In this document: piece after piece, positions 1 through 13,365 of the stretch
Layout: each line of letters opens with the position of its first letter
Numbering within the stretch: the stretch's first letter is position 1
NCBI GenBank assembly: GCA_043228905.1
Contig: JBHGNT010000121.1
Coordinates: 1-64,000 of the forward strand
Source: Azolla caroliniana
Taxonomy: Eukaryota > Plantae > Polypodiophyta
DNA: 64,000 nt
Direction: 5' to 3'
Made by a program: the position numbers and the translations under genes
The notes under the pieces: model-generated
The model's input: only the letters and a program-made list of their open reading frames with translations
Databases searched by the model: none
What the model was told of the DNA's origin: nothing

Positions 1-3000
1 AACACATATAAGTTGGAGCCTCAAATCTTGAGCAATGGGTTCATTGTTGTGCTCATTATAAGAAAGCGACCAATTGCTCCTAAAATGGCTTTACAGTTCT
101 TATCCATTGCACTAGGAATGAAAAAGGTAACATTTCTCATCAAAAGGCAATGTTGATATAAAGGTACCTTCATTATTAACCTATGAATGCTAGACATGAT
201 TGCGTGGCCCTTTGGCATTGCTTAAAAAAAGTATTTTCGTTGGTTGTGGAGAGATGATGGAGCAATTGACCTATATCCCATTTAGTGGTGCTCACACAAG
301 TGGTTGATGTATGACCCATTTTGTTGTACTTGAAAGAGGCACAACCTTTGTCCTCTAGCTTTGGTTTGGAACCTAGGCATGGATCAATGGATATCATTGT
401 CAGCTTTTTATATTGAAATAAGCATCAAACTAAAGAAAATAAATAATATATAATATATATGGTTGTCAATTGAACTATATAGCATGCATGGTGAGGTATT
501 ATTATGATCAAAACTAATAATAAGAAATGAAATAAAATATTAGGAAAAGAATGGATTAAGGTTGCATAATCATACTAAGGCTCCCAAAGAAATGGGAAGA
601 GACAAAAACAAAGCCTTACCACCTCTCATTCCATTGAGTATGAACTTATATTATACCTTGGGAGTCAAGTAGACTATCGGTTCGAAAAACAAGGGCTTTG
701 ACTCACCAACATAGGCTTTGAAATGTATTGAAGAGGTAGCTGATCTCCTTCATATAGTTGAGCTCATTGGTCTCCCAATTTGCCATGTCCCATGTCATTA
801 TGGGTTAGTCCCAACTTAGTTTGGAAACTAACTGTAATTCAAGACGAGAACATCCTAGTCAGAGGTGAACCGAACCTTCATGGTTTGCTACAACTTATTT
901 CCATTTTGCATGATGATTTGATGAACACAATATATAAGAACAAGTATATGGACTAGAAAACAACTTACATATTACAATAAATCAATAAATACAAACCAAT
1001 GAATGCAACTACATCTTTTTTGGGAGTCAAATGCATCACGATTCACAATAAATAATTGACAATCATTTATAAAATTCTCGTTAAAATATGCAAATTATTT
1101 GATCACAACAAGTTTAACTCATTTTATTAGTTTATAGAATCTCAATTACATTAAATAAGCAAGGCAATATCCATTTTATACTCTTGGGGTTTCTCATAAT
1201 GCCAAAACTACCCCTAGTCACACTCATGTCAACATGCACTGTTTTGATCTTATGGAAAATACTAAGGGTATATCATGTACGAGGGAGGGGTACTTATAAT
1301 ATTTTTCCTTTAATTGATGCAAGATAAGCATAGAAATCAATTGAATGGCGAAAATAGGGGTTGAATACCATTGTTCATGAGGAACTCTTTATGCATATGA
1401 AAAGGGATTGCAGTTGTCAATATAGATTTTGATAGTGAGAGTTTAGATAATTATTCAAGCTAAAATAATCAGAATTGGTTACATCCTTAAAATCTTGGCC
1501 GTATTCGAAGTCTAGCAATAGTGCACCATATTGTACGAGGGGGAAAAGGGGAACTCACACATGCAAATATTCCCTTTAAATGTGCCAACGGTTTACAATG
1601 TTCATGGGGTTGATATTCATTTATGTATACAGGTAAGCTCATCTTAACATCATAAAGTTTAGAGTTGCAACTTGTCCCACGATCAACCATATTGTGATGC
1701 GCTTACCTATTCAAAATATTTTTGTACTTATTTCTTCAAAAAAAGTGTGGGGCTTGCATTAAATGTGGGGTTCTTTTTACTATGGTGTGTGACAGTAGCA
1801 ACTTCCCTAGGTCGAGTATGTATCATCACATTTTATGGCATAACGTACTTGTTCATTCTAAGCAAATAAACTGAGAAGTAAAAACTAGAGTTTGGTGGGA
1901 GTTGGAGCTTGGCGTCACACTGTTCTTATTAAATCCTCGGCTTTCCCTTATTAAATTCTCTCTCTCTCACACACACACACGTGCGCGTGCGCGCACGCAG
2001 GAGCACACAATTATATTAATTGGAAGTAAAAACACAACTTATTAGCTTGCTCTACCTCTATGGGTAGAGGGACATCATGTAAAGCCATTAGAAAACATGA
2101 ATATGCGTTTGAGGAAATGATCACCACATGCTCCTTTATCCAAACTTTGCACATGAGAATGCCTTTCAACTTCTTAACATATGCTTTCACCCCATTTCTA
2201 TCATCCAACATGAAAGCATTACACATATTTCAATTGTGCTACAACCCCCAATATTGTAAGAATTGGAACAAGGCCTCTCCAACTCATCATTTTGACCATT
2301 TTAGACATACTCAAGAAAAACCCATTATTGAGGTCTCACGTACAACGGGATAAAACTAGCTAAATCTTTGATAAATACTCCACATTTATGAGTTGTAGGT
2401 CATTTAATGAACCTATATGTATGACATGTCTTCCAATGGAATGGTGCAAAAGGAGTATGCATTTGACCCCATTCCTTGTTTGCTTGTGTCTCAACCTAAT
2501 GGGAGCCCACCAATCATGATTCTCCATATTAATACCTTTGTGCAAATTTGTAAATGGGAATGTTAACCACATTACATTATTTGCCACCTCTCTCTCTCTC
2601 TCTCATCATCATCATCATCATCTCTCACACCACTTTTCATGTGTTCATTTATTCGTCATTATTTGTTAAATGTTAATGCCAAGAAATGTACATATTCAAA
2701 GCTATTTCCTTTATTCAAGATGTCTATCTTGCACATCTACGGTGCCATATTCTTAAGAATTGATCTCATCTTTCATTCAATTATCTTCACTGCTCGTAGT
2801 AATCATTTGTTACAATGGGATGGTTGAGTCAAGAACAAACAAGACATTACATGTTGATCATATGCATGATTTTTGAAACAAGCTTACATATTTTTGTTTT
2901 ATAAGCAGTATTCCCCAACAAAGTTGTCTAATTATGTTATGTAAGTACAAAAACCCAACAAGTTTCACAAAATGAGTTTAATTACCGAACCATAATTCAA

Positions 3001-3945
3001 TTATGAAGTGTAAGGTTTTACAATAAAGGTTCAAAGAGGCATCACAAATAAACAATAGACTAGCCTTGTTCATAAAAAAAAAACAGAGCATAATTGCAAC
3101 CAACAACTACGTGAAGGAAATGACTGGCCATTAACTAATCTAGCAAAATAAGTGGTGGTGGTAAAAAGAGCAAATAGCTTTTCAAACTAATCTTCTTTAG
3201 AAAATAGTAGAATTCCCTCGTGAATATACTTTGGACATGAAAAAAAAGGAATGAAGTATGTGTAGTTCCCAATAGCAACCAACATCATGACAACGACAAC
3301 AACACGTCTACAAACGTGTAATTATGGTCTTTGGTCAACGAACTAATCCAACGAAAGAATTGCTAAGGGTAAAAGAAGACGCATTTCACAACATATGATG
3401 GTCCCTAGGTTGCCCGAAACCTACAAAATGTTTGTTGGTGCGACTTAATGTGATACAAAACAAAGTGCAACCCAACATAAACTTACAACACATGGGCCAA
3501 ATGACCAAATTGATGTACATAGGAGCAAAAAAATGACGACAAGAAGAAGAGGAAGAAGCAACACGTGAAGAGAAGGAACAGAGTTCAACAACGAGTGTAA
3601 TAGATGAGGTTGAGGATTCAAGAGACAAACATGAGCACCTCACCACACCGCACAACCTGCCACCACTACCAGCCATCGGGGACACTTGTACATATATGGA
3701 CCAGGGAGATAAAAACAACGGCCACAACAACAGGTGTGTGTAAATGAATGGCACTCTAGTGTGGTTCCCATGAAAGAAGGCCTTAAAAAGGTAAAGAGAA
3801 GGAAGGGGTGATAACTCTAAGTGCGTATGTATGTATATATTTATTATGTATGCATGTATGCATGTATGTGTATTGGCCAATGGCCATTGTATGTATGGGT
3901 GGGTGGGTGTTCACAAGAGAGAAAAGACAAGCCATTTAACACACA

Positions 3946-3948
3946 CCC

Positions 3949-3979
<31 letters not shown>

Positions 3980-3994
3980 AAAAAAAAAAAAAAA
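3946..3994. repeat. Adjacent poly(C) and poly(A) homopolymer runs upstream of the RIN4-like gene
   Basis: About 24 C followed directly by about 25 A; (TATG)n and (CCATCAT)-type repeats lie nearby at 4118-4470. Confidence 0.9.
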
Positions 3995-4601
3995 CAAACA
4001 AATAAATAAATTTGGGTGGTTTTCATTTCAAGCGGTTTTCTATACTCCCCTACCCAAAAAGACACAAAAGGTTGTTTTTTTTGGAAGGTGGTTTCTGCCC
4101 TGCCCTGTTTGTTATTGGTATGTATGTATGTATGTATGTATGTACATACATACTTCAAAGCCCCCCCCCCCCGCACGTGCGGACCTCCCTCTCTGCTTGC
4201 TCCTCCTGCTCTTTTCTGGTTTTGCTCTTCTTCTTCATCTTCATTCCAGTGAAGTGGGTCGCCTCTGTGAAGTAGTAGAAGACGTGAGAGAGATATGGCT
4301 ATGGCTATGGCTATGGCTATGCCTACCCTCCCCACCTCCTCTGTATTATTCATCCCGCCCTACTACAAACCTCCTCATCACAAATCGCCTTAAGTTCCAT
4401 CCTTCATCGCCACCACCACTTCGTCTCTCATCCATCATCCATCATCCATCATCCATCATCCTTCATCCTTTCATTATCTTCATCCTTCATCCTTCGTCAA
4501 TCAGCATCATTATCATCGATTTGCTAATCAATCATCCATTGCCGATCATCTTCTCTCTCCTTCATCACAACCTCCGTTTTCAGTAACAGCGCAAGCCAGC
4601 C

Positions 4602-7116
4602 ATGCCGGTGAGTTTTAGTTTGATGGCCTTAGAAAATTAGCATTTTGACCCCTTAGTGTTGCTTTCTTTTTGTAGCCCTGTTTCTGCTCTACTCTAATCT
4701 TAATTTCTGTATGTTTTATACGATATGCTCACCCTCGTTTCTTTGGATTTAATTTAAGACAATCTAAGCGACTTTCACATGTACAAGAAGGCATGCAAGA
4801 ACGCTATCTTTGTGTCAGTTTTTGGAAGTATTGTGATCAAAGAGTGAGTGACACAGACTATCGCAAAGTAGTAATGAAGACGCTTGAGTACTTTGTTTTG
4901 TGTCGGATTCTGGTTGTATATGATCAAAGAGTGTGTGAATCAGGAACCATCAGAATCATGAGCTGCTTAAGAAGGAACAAGATGTCATTGCATCGTTTTG
5001 GACAGAGCATTTTCAAGTGGAAAATCAATCTTTTTTGTGGTGACAATGGTCTGTTGTGATCAGTATGTAATAGGAGGCCATTATAATCATTCACTAAATT
5101 CGGAGCTTTTTGGGAGCATGTGGACTTATAAATATCTATGGGTTTTTTTAGTGAGTTGAAGAACAGGCTCACGAACTCTTGGCAATGCTTTTAACAAGGC
5201 TAAATATGAGTCTTAAAAGAACAATGTCAATCATTCGACTCTCTTTTAGGACGTGTTCGAAGTCCGGTATTGTTGTGTGGTGCGAGATGTGAAAATGAGC
5301 CAATTTGATGGAAAGTAATTCGTGATGAAGATAAGAGTATCCATCCATAGGTTTCTCTGTCATATGTAGCTCTCGACAAACATAATGGATGTACTACTAT
5401 ATCGACCATTCGGGGCATGCATCCCTAGCAATTTGTCTGTGCCGTTGTTTCAATGGTGTTTGCACAAGGGAAGAAATTTTGGTACCACCATCTGAAGAAT
5501 ATAAGTTTGTGATAACATGGCTTTTGACTAGTTTTTCCCTCACATTTCATCATCATCTTTTTTGTGAACTTGGAAATATGCCATACGAAAGAGCTTTTCT
5601 TGGACATTCCATTTGTATCATTTGCAATCTTTTCCCAAGGTAGTGTGTTGTCAGCATGGAATCTTGTGACACATCACATAAAGGCAAGACCCATTGCCTA
5701 ACTAACGTTTTACTTATTTTCTTTTCTCATTGAGTATGGCCCTGGATTATGTCCTGTATGTGTTCTTGCATTTAGATCACTTCTGGTTGCATACATATAT
5801 AGTTAGTGGCAGTACATATAACTTGAAAGTGCTTGTTTCTGTGAGAGTGACATGCCAAATTTTTTGATTTGTTTTTCCTTCTTCCTTTGTCACATAGCAG
5901 TGGCCAGATGTCACAGTCCCAAAGTTCGGGAACTGGGATGAAAATGGTGACTACAGCATTGTTTTCGATAAAGCCCGAGCTGATAAAGAGAGGTTTTTTC
6001 CTACGTACAAAGAAGATCACAAAGATGCTTCAACACATCAACAACATAAAGTTGATGTTCCTGACCCAACAGCTGCAAGAGTACTACATCAAGCATCATC
6101 ACATAATAAGACTCGAACTACTACAGAACATGGATATAATGCGGTTGATATGCCATCTGGTGGAAAAAAAATATTAGGAGATCATCATAGAATCAATAAC
6201 ATTCATGGAAATCACTGGCCCTCGTTGGGTAATGGGTCTACTTACAATAATAATATACCGATCTCGTCTTTGGATCAACAACAGCCTAGAACAAGAGGGA
6301 TACAACATACAAAACCAGCGATTTTATTTGGAACTGGAAGACAGCATTTTGTTGATGGGATTCCATCATCTGCAACGATCTCTAGATCGCAACGAAGCCA
6401 TGAAGGATCAGGAAGAGCTAGTGATCCGGTAGAGAAGATTTACTTATACAAAAAAATTGAGTGAAAACAAATCAAAAGAACAGATTCTAATAGCTCATTT
6501 TATTCCTTCTTTATTTTGTAAAAAAGGTTCCTTTCCAGCCTGAGAAAGGTTCTGTTTTGCCGAAATTTGGTGATTGGGATGCTTCTAATGCAACATCTGG
6601 GGAAGGTTTTACAGTGATTTTTAACCGAGCACGTGACGAGAAGAAGTCACAATTCACACCAGAAAGCACATCAAAACCTGTCTCTCCTTTACGAGGACAA
6701 GGAGACGAAGATTTATACCAAAACCGAAGATCTCCCAACGTGAAGAAAAAAGGAAAGGTAAGAAATGGTAAAATACCAAATCATATTTGTTTTGATCGAA
6801 ATGACATTGTGTTACTATAAAGAAGCTATAGATAATTCTTTTCCCTCAGATTTTATATAAAACTCGGAAGAAATCAGTTAATTCTTCTCTCTTAGATTTA
6901 ATATAAGAAGTCGGAAGAAATTGAGATATTGCCACTAGCGACATAACATCCAGACCTTTTTTTTTGCTGAGCGTCTCACCTAAATTCATACTCTAACTCG
7001 GCGTATTTTTGCTGTCGTTGATTGTATCAAGAGACACATGAAACTGATGGATTCTTCTTTGGATTTTGTAGGGATGGTTTAACACCTTTTGTTGCATTGA
7101 TCCCACTCAGCAATGA
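4602..7116 (+). CDS. RIN4: RIN4/NOI-family protein, ~266 aa; join(4602..4607,5898..6428,6539..6757,7072..7116)
   Basis: 6-nt first coding exon ATG CCG|GTGAGT. Exon 2 gives the N-terminal NOI motif VPKFGNWDENGDYSIVFDKAR. Exon 3 gives the C-terminal NOI motif PEKGSVLPKFGDWDASNATSGEGFTVIFNRARDEKK. The last exon, GWFNTFCCIDPTQQ*, follows KKKGK and supplies the Cys acylation tail. All introns are GT-AG, phase 0; total 801 nt in frame. Confidence 0.9.
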
Positions 7117-10100
7117 CAGGATCCATCTACCATTTTTTCACTTATTTATTTCGTGTTCACGAAATATGTTGTTACAAATATGCCTTTCCCACATGTTTTT
7201 TCATGTTCATGAGATGTGTTATAAATATGATATCATTATCAATATGATCTGTCTTCCTTTTTACATGCTTTTTCATGTTCATGAGTTTTGTTGTTTGAAA
7301 ACAGAGTTCCCTTGATTAATTGATTTGAAACAACAGCAGGTATTGCAGTTACAACCTTCACAAGGAATGAATTTATGAGAGCAATGTTAAAAGTAATTCT
7401 CTTTTCTCCCCCTTCCATATCAATGTCAAACCTTGTTATTTTCAATCGGAGCCTTTTTCTTTTCTTTTTGAATGATGTGAATTGCAATATTCAGCAAATG
7501 ATTAATTTTCTCTCTCAGAGTGTTGATGCTATAGAACATAAGAGCTAAGTTAATATTTTCCTCTCTAAGAAGTTTATATGGTTATTGAGGCTGGGGATAA
7601 TGTTGTTTCACTAAGTTTGCTATGGGTGCTTTCCCCGGATGATTGAGAATGATCGTTGAAAATCAACTGCTATCGCTACATGGAATTTAGTTACTTCAAT
7701 GTACACATTGGCATAATTTCTGGCATTTTTTACTTTTTATAGGATTTTGATTAGGAGCATTCATCTGCTTTGACCTTTCATAGTGGAGGAAGTTTTATGG
7801 CTATTGTAGGGAGTGAGTGCCATTTGAAGGGAAATGGTTTATCAAAAGGTGTCATTATCTCTTCTCATCGTGTTGGGGATATGCCGTAGGACTATGGTTG
7901 TATTTGAGCCACCAGAGCATGTAGATATGGTAATTTGCTTCACATACAATTGTCTCTCTCTCTCTCTCTCTCCATATATATATATATATATATATATATT
8001 CCTCATTGGCACAGGAATATGGTATTTTGTAAACGCTACTACTATGGCCATTAAACATCTAGAAAACCCATGAAGGGCTCTACTCTCCAGACACTATTTT
8101 TTGTTTTAAGCACGTGAAAACAACCAAAGGAAATGAAAGCCTCTTGTGTTTAAAACTACTTCACATACTAGTACATTGAGAGGTGAAGAGATATTGTGTG
8201 TTATAAAAGGCATTCCATTGTACTAGTCCTCGCAGTAGAGCGTGAGAGAACGATGAGCTGAGCCATAGGTTGTAATAGATATTATGAATCAGTCGATCAC
8301 CCCATTCCACAATAGCCTCTATGAATGGAGAATGAGAACAATGTTTGTGATTCTTGGGGATCTTGTTTGTCATAATGTTGCTAAAGCAGAAGTGAAGTAC
8401 ATAAGTGCTTAGTTCACTATGGCAATGATTGGGTCAATGAGCTCTCGATTATATGGTGAGAGGGCCAAGGAGATAATTTTAATGTACATGCATTAAACCA
8501 TGACAATCCCCAAGCATCAAGGTAATTGAACCCATGATATGAAACATAGATACATGAGTAATGGGAAGATGTTGAGAGTATGGACATGTCTATTGCCTTC
8601 CAAAAATGAAAATGCTAACGTAAAGTTTACATTGGAAAGTTATGGGGTCTAATCTAATTTAAGGAAAGGAATTTATATTCAATAGGGAATTACTATCCCA
8701 AGACAACTTTATTGTGTGAATGCATGCCAATTTTATTCTCATTGTAGCATGAAAGTTGTGCATGCCAAAGACCCGCAAAAAAGAACAACTAAGGTTGGTA
8801 GAAGGTGTGAGAACAAAATATGATGTGGTGTAGTGTAAAAAGGGAAAGGTGAACAAGAAAGAGTGTGAAGTGGATATCATTTCGAGTTTTTAATGAAATA
8901 TTGAACATAATATCATGTCTTGTTAAATGTAGACATGACAATTCTGTGTTAAATGTATGTGCAATCCCTTTTTCCATGACAATGATATTAAACTTGTCAA
9001 TTACCATCACATAGTATTTGTATATAATCATAAGACAATGAAAACATAGTGACATGGAAAAAAAAATATGGTGAGTATATGGTGTCAACAATGATTGAAA
9101 GGTGTCCAATAGTATTTTTAATATATAGGTAAAGTTAGAGAGAGAGAAATAAACCACACATATGGGGATCATTTAGATTAGGGAATTGATCATACGAGGA
9201 TCTTCACCTTTATTTTGTAAATTAGATAATAGATTCTGGAATTTGTCATACAACAACAAACTTCACCTTTGTTGTGTTTGTTATAAACAATGTTGACTTG
9301 GAGGATATTTGCAAAAGATCATATAAAGAATTTCCTTCTATTGGGTCATCACAGTGTGTTATGCTAGCGAAAAGTTTCGTCTTCGACTACTTGAACTACC
9401 CATTTGAACATTGGCATGCATACCCAAGACCATGATATTTTGAAGGGGAATTTGAACTAGAACTAGAAAGTTTTAAAGCCCACGTTTTACTACTTAGCCA
9501 TCATGTGAATGACAAAATTTCCATTATTATTAAAACACATGAAAAAACATGACCTCATTTGATGCAAAAGTCCATATTTTCAAGGAAATTACATCGCAAG
9601 AACAATCGTATTTAGAATGCTATTTATCTCAACCACTTGTTATAATGTGTTAGCCACGGGCTCATTTATTCTATAAAGATTAAAATTGTTTGCTCTACAC
9701 AAAAACATAGAGAGTTGAAAGATGCCGCAATAGAATTATACAAAACCAAATAATGGAAACATTGAATTACGAATATTAATTATCAAGAGAGTAAACGGAT
9801 GTTTCCAAGTAATGCTCCACACATACACACTTATGATTGTGCCAACAAGCAATCAAATGGTAAATTGGTATCATGTACGATGTCCTTCTCAACTTCAAGA
9901 CGAGATCACTATATAAACAAACTTCACAAAATCATATAAAAGATGAAGTGATATGGAGGCAAAGTTCAAACACACTACTCATATGATACCCTTACAACTT
10001 TAAAATATGTGGCAAAGTTCAAAAGAATATTTGCGGAAGTGAAGACACCACACAATGAACAAAGAGGTGTTTTTTTGGAAAAAAAAGAAGAAAAAAAGAA

Positions 10101-10140
10101 GAAAAAAGAGATGTGTAATAGCTAAAATATTGCTTTAAAG

Positions 10141-10600
10141 TAGCTTGATGTTAAAGCATACCAAACATATGTTGGATAGAAATATTTACTTAAGAAAATG
10201 CCAAATTAGATACCAATGTCGGAAACAGGTATGATCTATTTCACAATAACAAAGCACCAACTTGCAACATATTATAAGGAACAAACATGATAAAAAGAAA
10301 ACAGGATTACAGGTTGAAAATAAATACAAATCGGAGACATAGATTCTTCCCTTGACTCCATAAAATAGCTTGATGTTAAAGCATACCAAACATAGGTTGG
10401 ATAGAAAAATTTACTTAAAAAAGTGCCCAATTAGATACCAATGTCGAAAACACCTATGATCTATTTCACAATAACAATGCACCAATTTGCAACATAATAT
10501 ACGGATTCAGGAACAAACAGGATAAAAAGAAAACGATGGATTACAAGTTGAAAATAAATACGAATCAAAGACATAGATTCTTCCCTTGACTACATAAAAT
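10141..10600. repeat. Diverged tandem duplication, ~225-bp unit x2
   Basis: TAGCTTGATGTTAAAGCATACCAAACATA...ACATAGATTCTTCCCTTGACT starts at both 10141 and 10366, with scattered substitutions and small indels. Confidence 0.9.
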
Positions 10601-10738
10601 TGAAGACCGAGAACACAAAGATACTACATCAAGTCGATATATCATCTCAAGGAAAGAAATGGTCCTAGATTTATTGATATTATGAGTAGCAAGTTATCCC
10701 ATATCTTTTATTTCTCTCTCTCATTTTCTCTAAGGAGA

Positions 10739-10773
<35 letters not shown>

Positions 10774-10867
10774 ATCGTAATTAGCTTACCCTAGTTGTAA
10801 GTCGATAACACTACAAGCACTGTGTCTTGCGTTCGAAACCCAATTTCTTGAGCTACACCCATCTGGG

Positions 10868-10901
<34 letters not shown>

Positions 10902-11069
10902 AAGTTTATTTTAGCCATTACTTTGTCATACAAGGTTCGATTTTGACAAACTATGGCTTGAATCGAAGCTCACAACAAGATCTATGATATGATCTAAGAA
11001 CTTTAGTTTTGTAATCAACTAAAGCTAACAGGTTTCAAAGGTATTCTTCTCGTAGGGTTTGGTCCTACA

Positions 11070-11930
11070 ATGGCAAACACTCGTAAGGCAGCCACAAAGT
11101 TTGGGAGTATGATCGATAATGAGCCACAATCACCAACGATTCTTGATGCCAATGCAATAAACTCAATCACAATGGACAAAATGCTTATGAGTCACTTGAT
11201 TTCTCTTCAAGAAACTAAAAATAACTAAGGCAAAGAGATTAGGACACTAATGAAAGAGAATGCTAAGCTCCAAATTGTTCATTGAGAATGAAAGTCTTAA
11301 GAAAATGGTTGCAAGATTCCAGAATGTAAGAGAACTTCTTTCGAAATAAATGAGTGCCTTAACAAAATTGAGTTAAAGGAAGCATTAAAAGAAGAAAAAT
11401 TGGACAAGATTTAGCGAGATGTAAGTGAGATGAAAAATATATGCATGATGAAGTCATGGGCTAATGTATGTGGTATCCAACTCATATATTATGCATGTGA
11501 TGAGTCAAGAGAAGAATATAGAAAGTATAGATGTCTGAGAATGGAAAGAACGTGAACGACGATCAAAGAACATTGTTATCCGTGGGATTAAAGGGGGAGA
11601 GTATAAAAACACCTGTATCCCTCGGAAAGGCCATTGGTGAATTCTTTAGCATACATTATGGTATGTCGGATGTCAATGTATATGGGGCACACAGAGTTGG
11701 GAAACATGGTGTTACTCGCTCCGGAGAAAGGACTATTGTATGCACAATGACGGATGATACAAAGAGGAGGATCATACAAGAAAATAGTTGGGTATACCTC
11801 AAAGGTATACAATGCTTTGTGAGTGAAGATCGTACTATATCACAACAAAATGGTCGTTGTAAAACATATGAAGAAAATTTGAGAAATAAGGTTAAGGATG
11901 TGCCTAAAGACGAAAATGTAGGCAAATAGG
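11070..11930 (+). pseudogene. Degenerate LINE ORF1-like coding remnant
   Basis: A broken coiled-coil-like region is followed by ORF 11531-11929 (AHRVG...RTIVCTM...YLKGIQCFVSEDRT), which resembles the RRM/CTD end of non-LTR ORF1 proteins. It lies upstream of the endonuclease remnant at 18860. Confidence 0.55.
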
Positions 11931-12749
11931 GACACATTGTCGTGAAGTTGACACTTCACGATGTGAAAACAATGTCAAAAATCTATAGAAGTACATTTCC
12001 CATCTGGAGCTTATGACAAGGAGCATGAAGGAATTTTCGGTTCGTGAATCAGAGTTCAGAAGCCCAAGATACAAGCTTTGGAAGGATTAATGTTACTTGG
12101 GACAAAAATGTAATTATGTTAAAAGGGGGAGTCAAAATTAAATAAGGGCTATTTCTATAATTTCTTAAATATAGAACTATAAAATTGAATTGTAGCATCA
12201 ATAAATAAAGAAAAGAAAAGAAAATAAAATAAAAATAAAAATAAAAATACAACCGCCTTGCATGAGGCGGTTTGTCAAACGCCTGAAGAGGGTGGTAGGA
12301 CGGTTGACCACCCTATATAAGCCACGCCTATGGTGGCTAAAGGGAAGGGAGGAGGAGAAGGAGAAGGAAGAGAAGGAAAAGCGAGTGAAGAAGCTCGCGT
12401 GGGTATGGGATGCAGAGGTCGCCAAAGAAGATGGTGGCCTGCATAAATCAAGACAAGAGTTAAAGAAAAGAAAGGGGATACAAGAAAAGGAAGAAGTTAA
12501 AGTGGTGTATCTCAAACGCCTCTTTGTAAACAAAAGGTTGTGAGTTTGAATCCTCTTCAAATAATTTCTTTTGGTAATCAAATTTTGTAATATAAATTTA
12601 GTATATATAAAGTGAAAGAGAAAGACAAATAAATAGAAACTAGAGAGATTGAAGTGGTCTGTCTCAAACGCTTCTTCTCAAATAGAGTTTGTGAGTTCAA
12701 ATCTTGCCAAGTAACTTTTGGCAAATAAATATTGTAAGTGGTTGTTTTA

Positions 12750-13293
12750 TGTTGAGAGACAAGCTCAACATCGGCCGGATCGGCTGAAGAAGCCGAGGAC
12801 CGGATCGGTTGGGACCAATCGGTTAGGCCGAATAATTAAACCGGTACGCAGACCGGTGCGTAGGTAGGGCCGGATCGGTGCGTAAACCGGGAGGCCGTTA
12901 GGAAAGATATTCCGTGAGAAATATATTTGGGAGTTAGTGTAGGAGCTCTTAGTGAGCATTGAAGTACTGTCAGTACTTCGGTCAGTCCTTCTAGGATATT
13001 CCGTGAGAAATATATTTGGGAGTTAGTGTAGGAGCTCTTAGTGAGCATTGAAGTACTGTCAGTACTTTGGTCAGTCCTTCTAGGACTTGTATAAAAGTGT
13101 TCATTGAACACACATATGTATAGAGAATAGTGAATAGAGTTTTTTGAATATAGTTCTTGTATTTTCTCTCTGTCACTCTCTCTGTCTCTCTGTCTCTCCT
13201 GCGTATACTGCGTAAGCTCAAGCTCTCCATTAAACCTGTGTTTTCTTCCTTTTGTTCTGTCTTCATACTTGCTTCCGCACGTTACTTTTTACA
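12750..13293 (+). repeat. copia-1 5' LTR with an internal 89-bp tandem duplication
   Basis: Unit GATATTCCGTGAG...CCTTCTAG occurs at 12906-12994 and 12995-13083; the duplication is absent from the 3' LTR. Confidence 0.95.
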
Positions 13294-13365
13294 TGGTATC
13301 AGAGCGCGAGGGTTGAGAACCTCTCTGCAGCCGACACAGCTTGACGAAGAAGAACAAGAAGAACG

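Noticed and set aside
3386-4586. Long ORFs of 164-251 aa upstream of RIN4
   Set aside because: They translate microsatellites and homopolymers (poly-P, poly-K, YVCM repeats) and are probably promoter/5' UTR sequence.
10771-10870. tRNA gene or SINE (GTTCGAAACCC B-box-like motif)
   Set aside because: No convincing cloverleaf or A box; too degenerate to call.
12952-12995. Hammerhead ribozyme or Cassandra-type 5S sequence in the LTR
   Set aside because: The minus strand has CTGACCGA plus a stem but no GAAA core, and there are no recognisable 5S A/C boxes.
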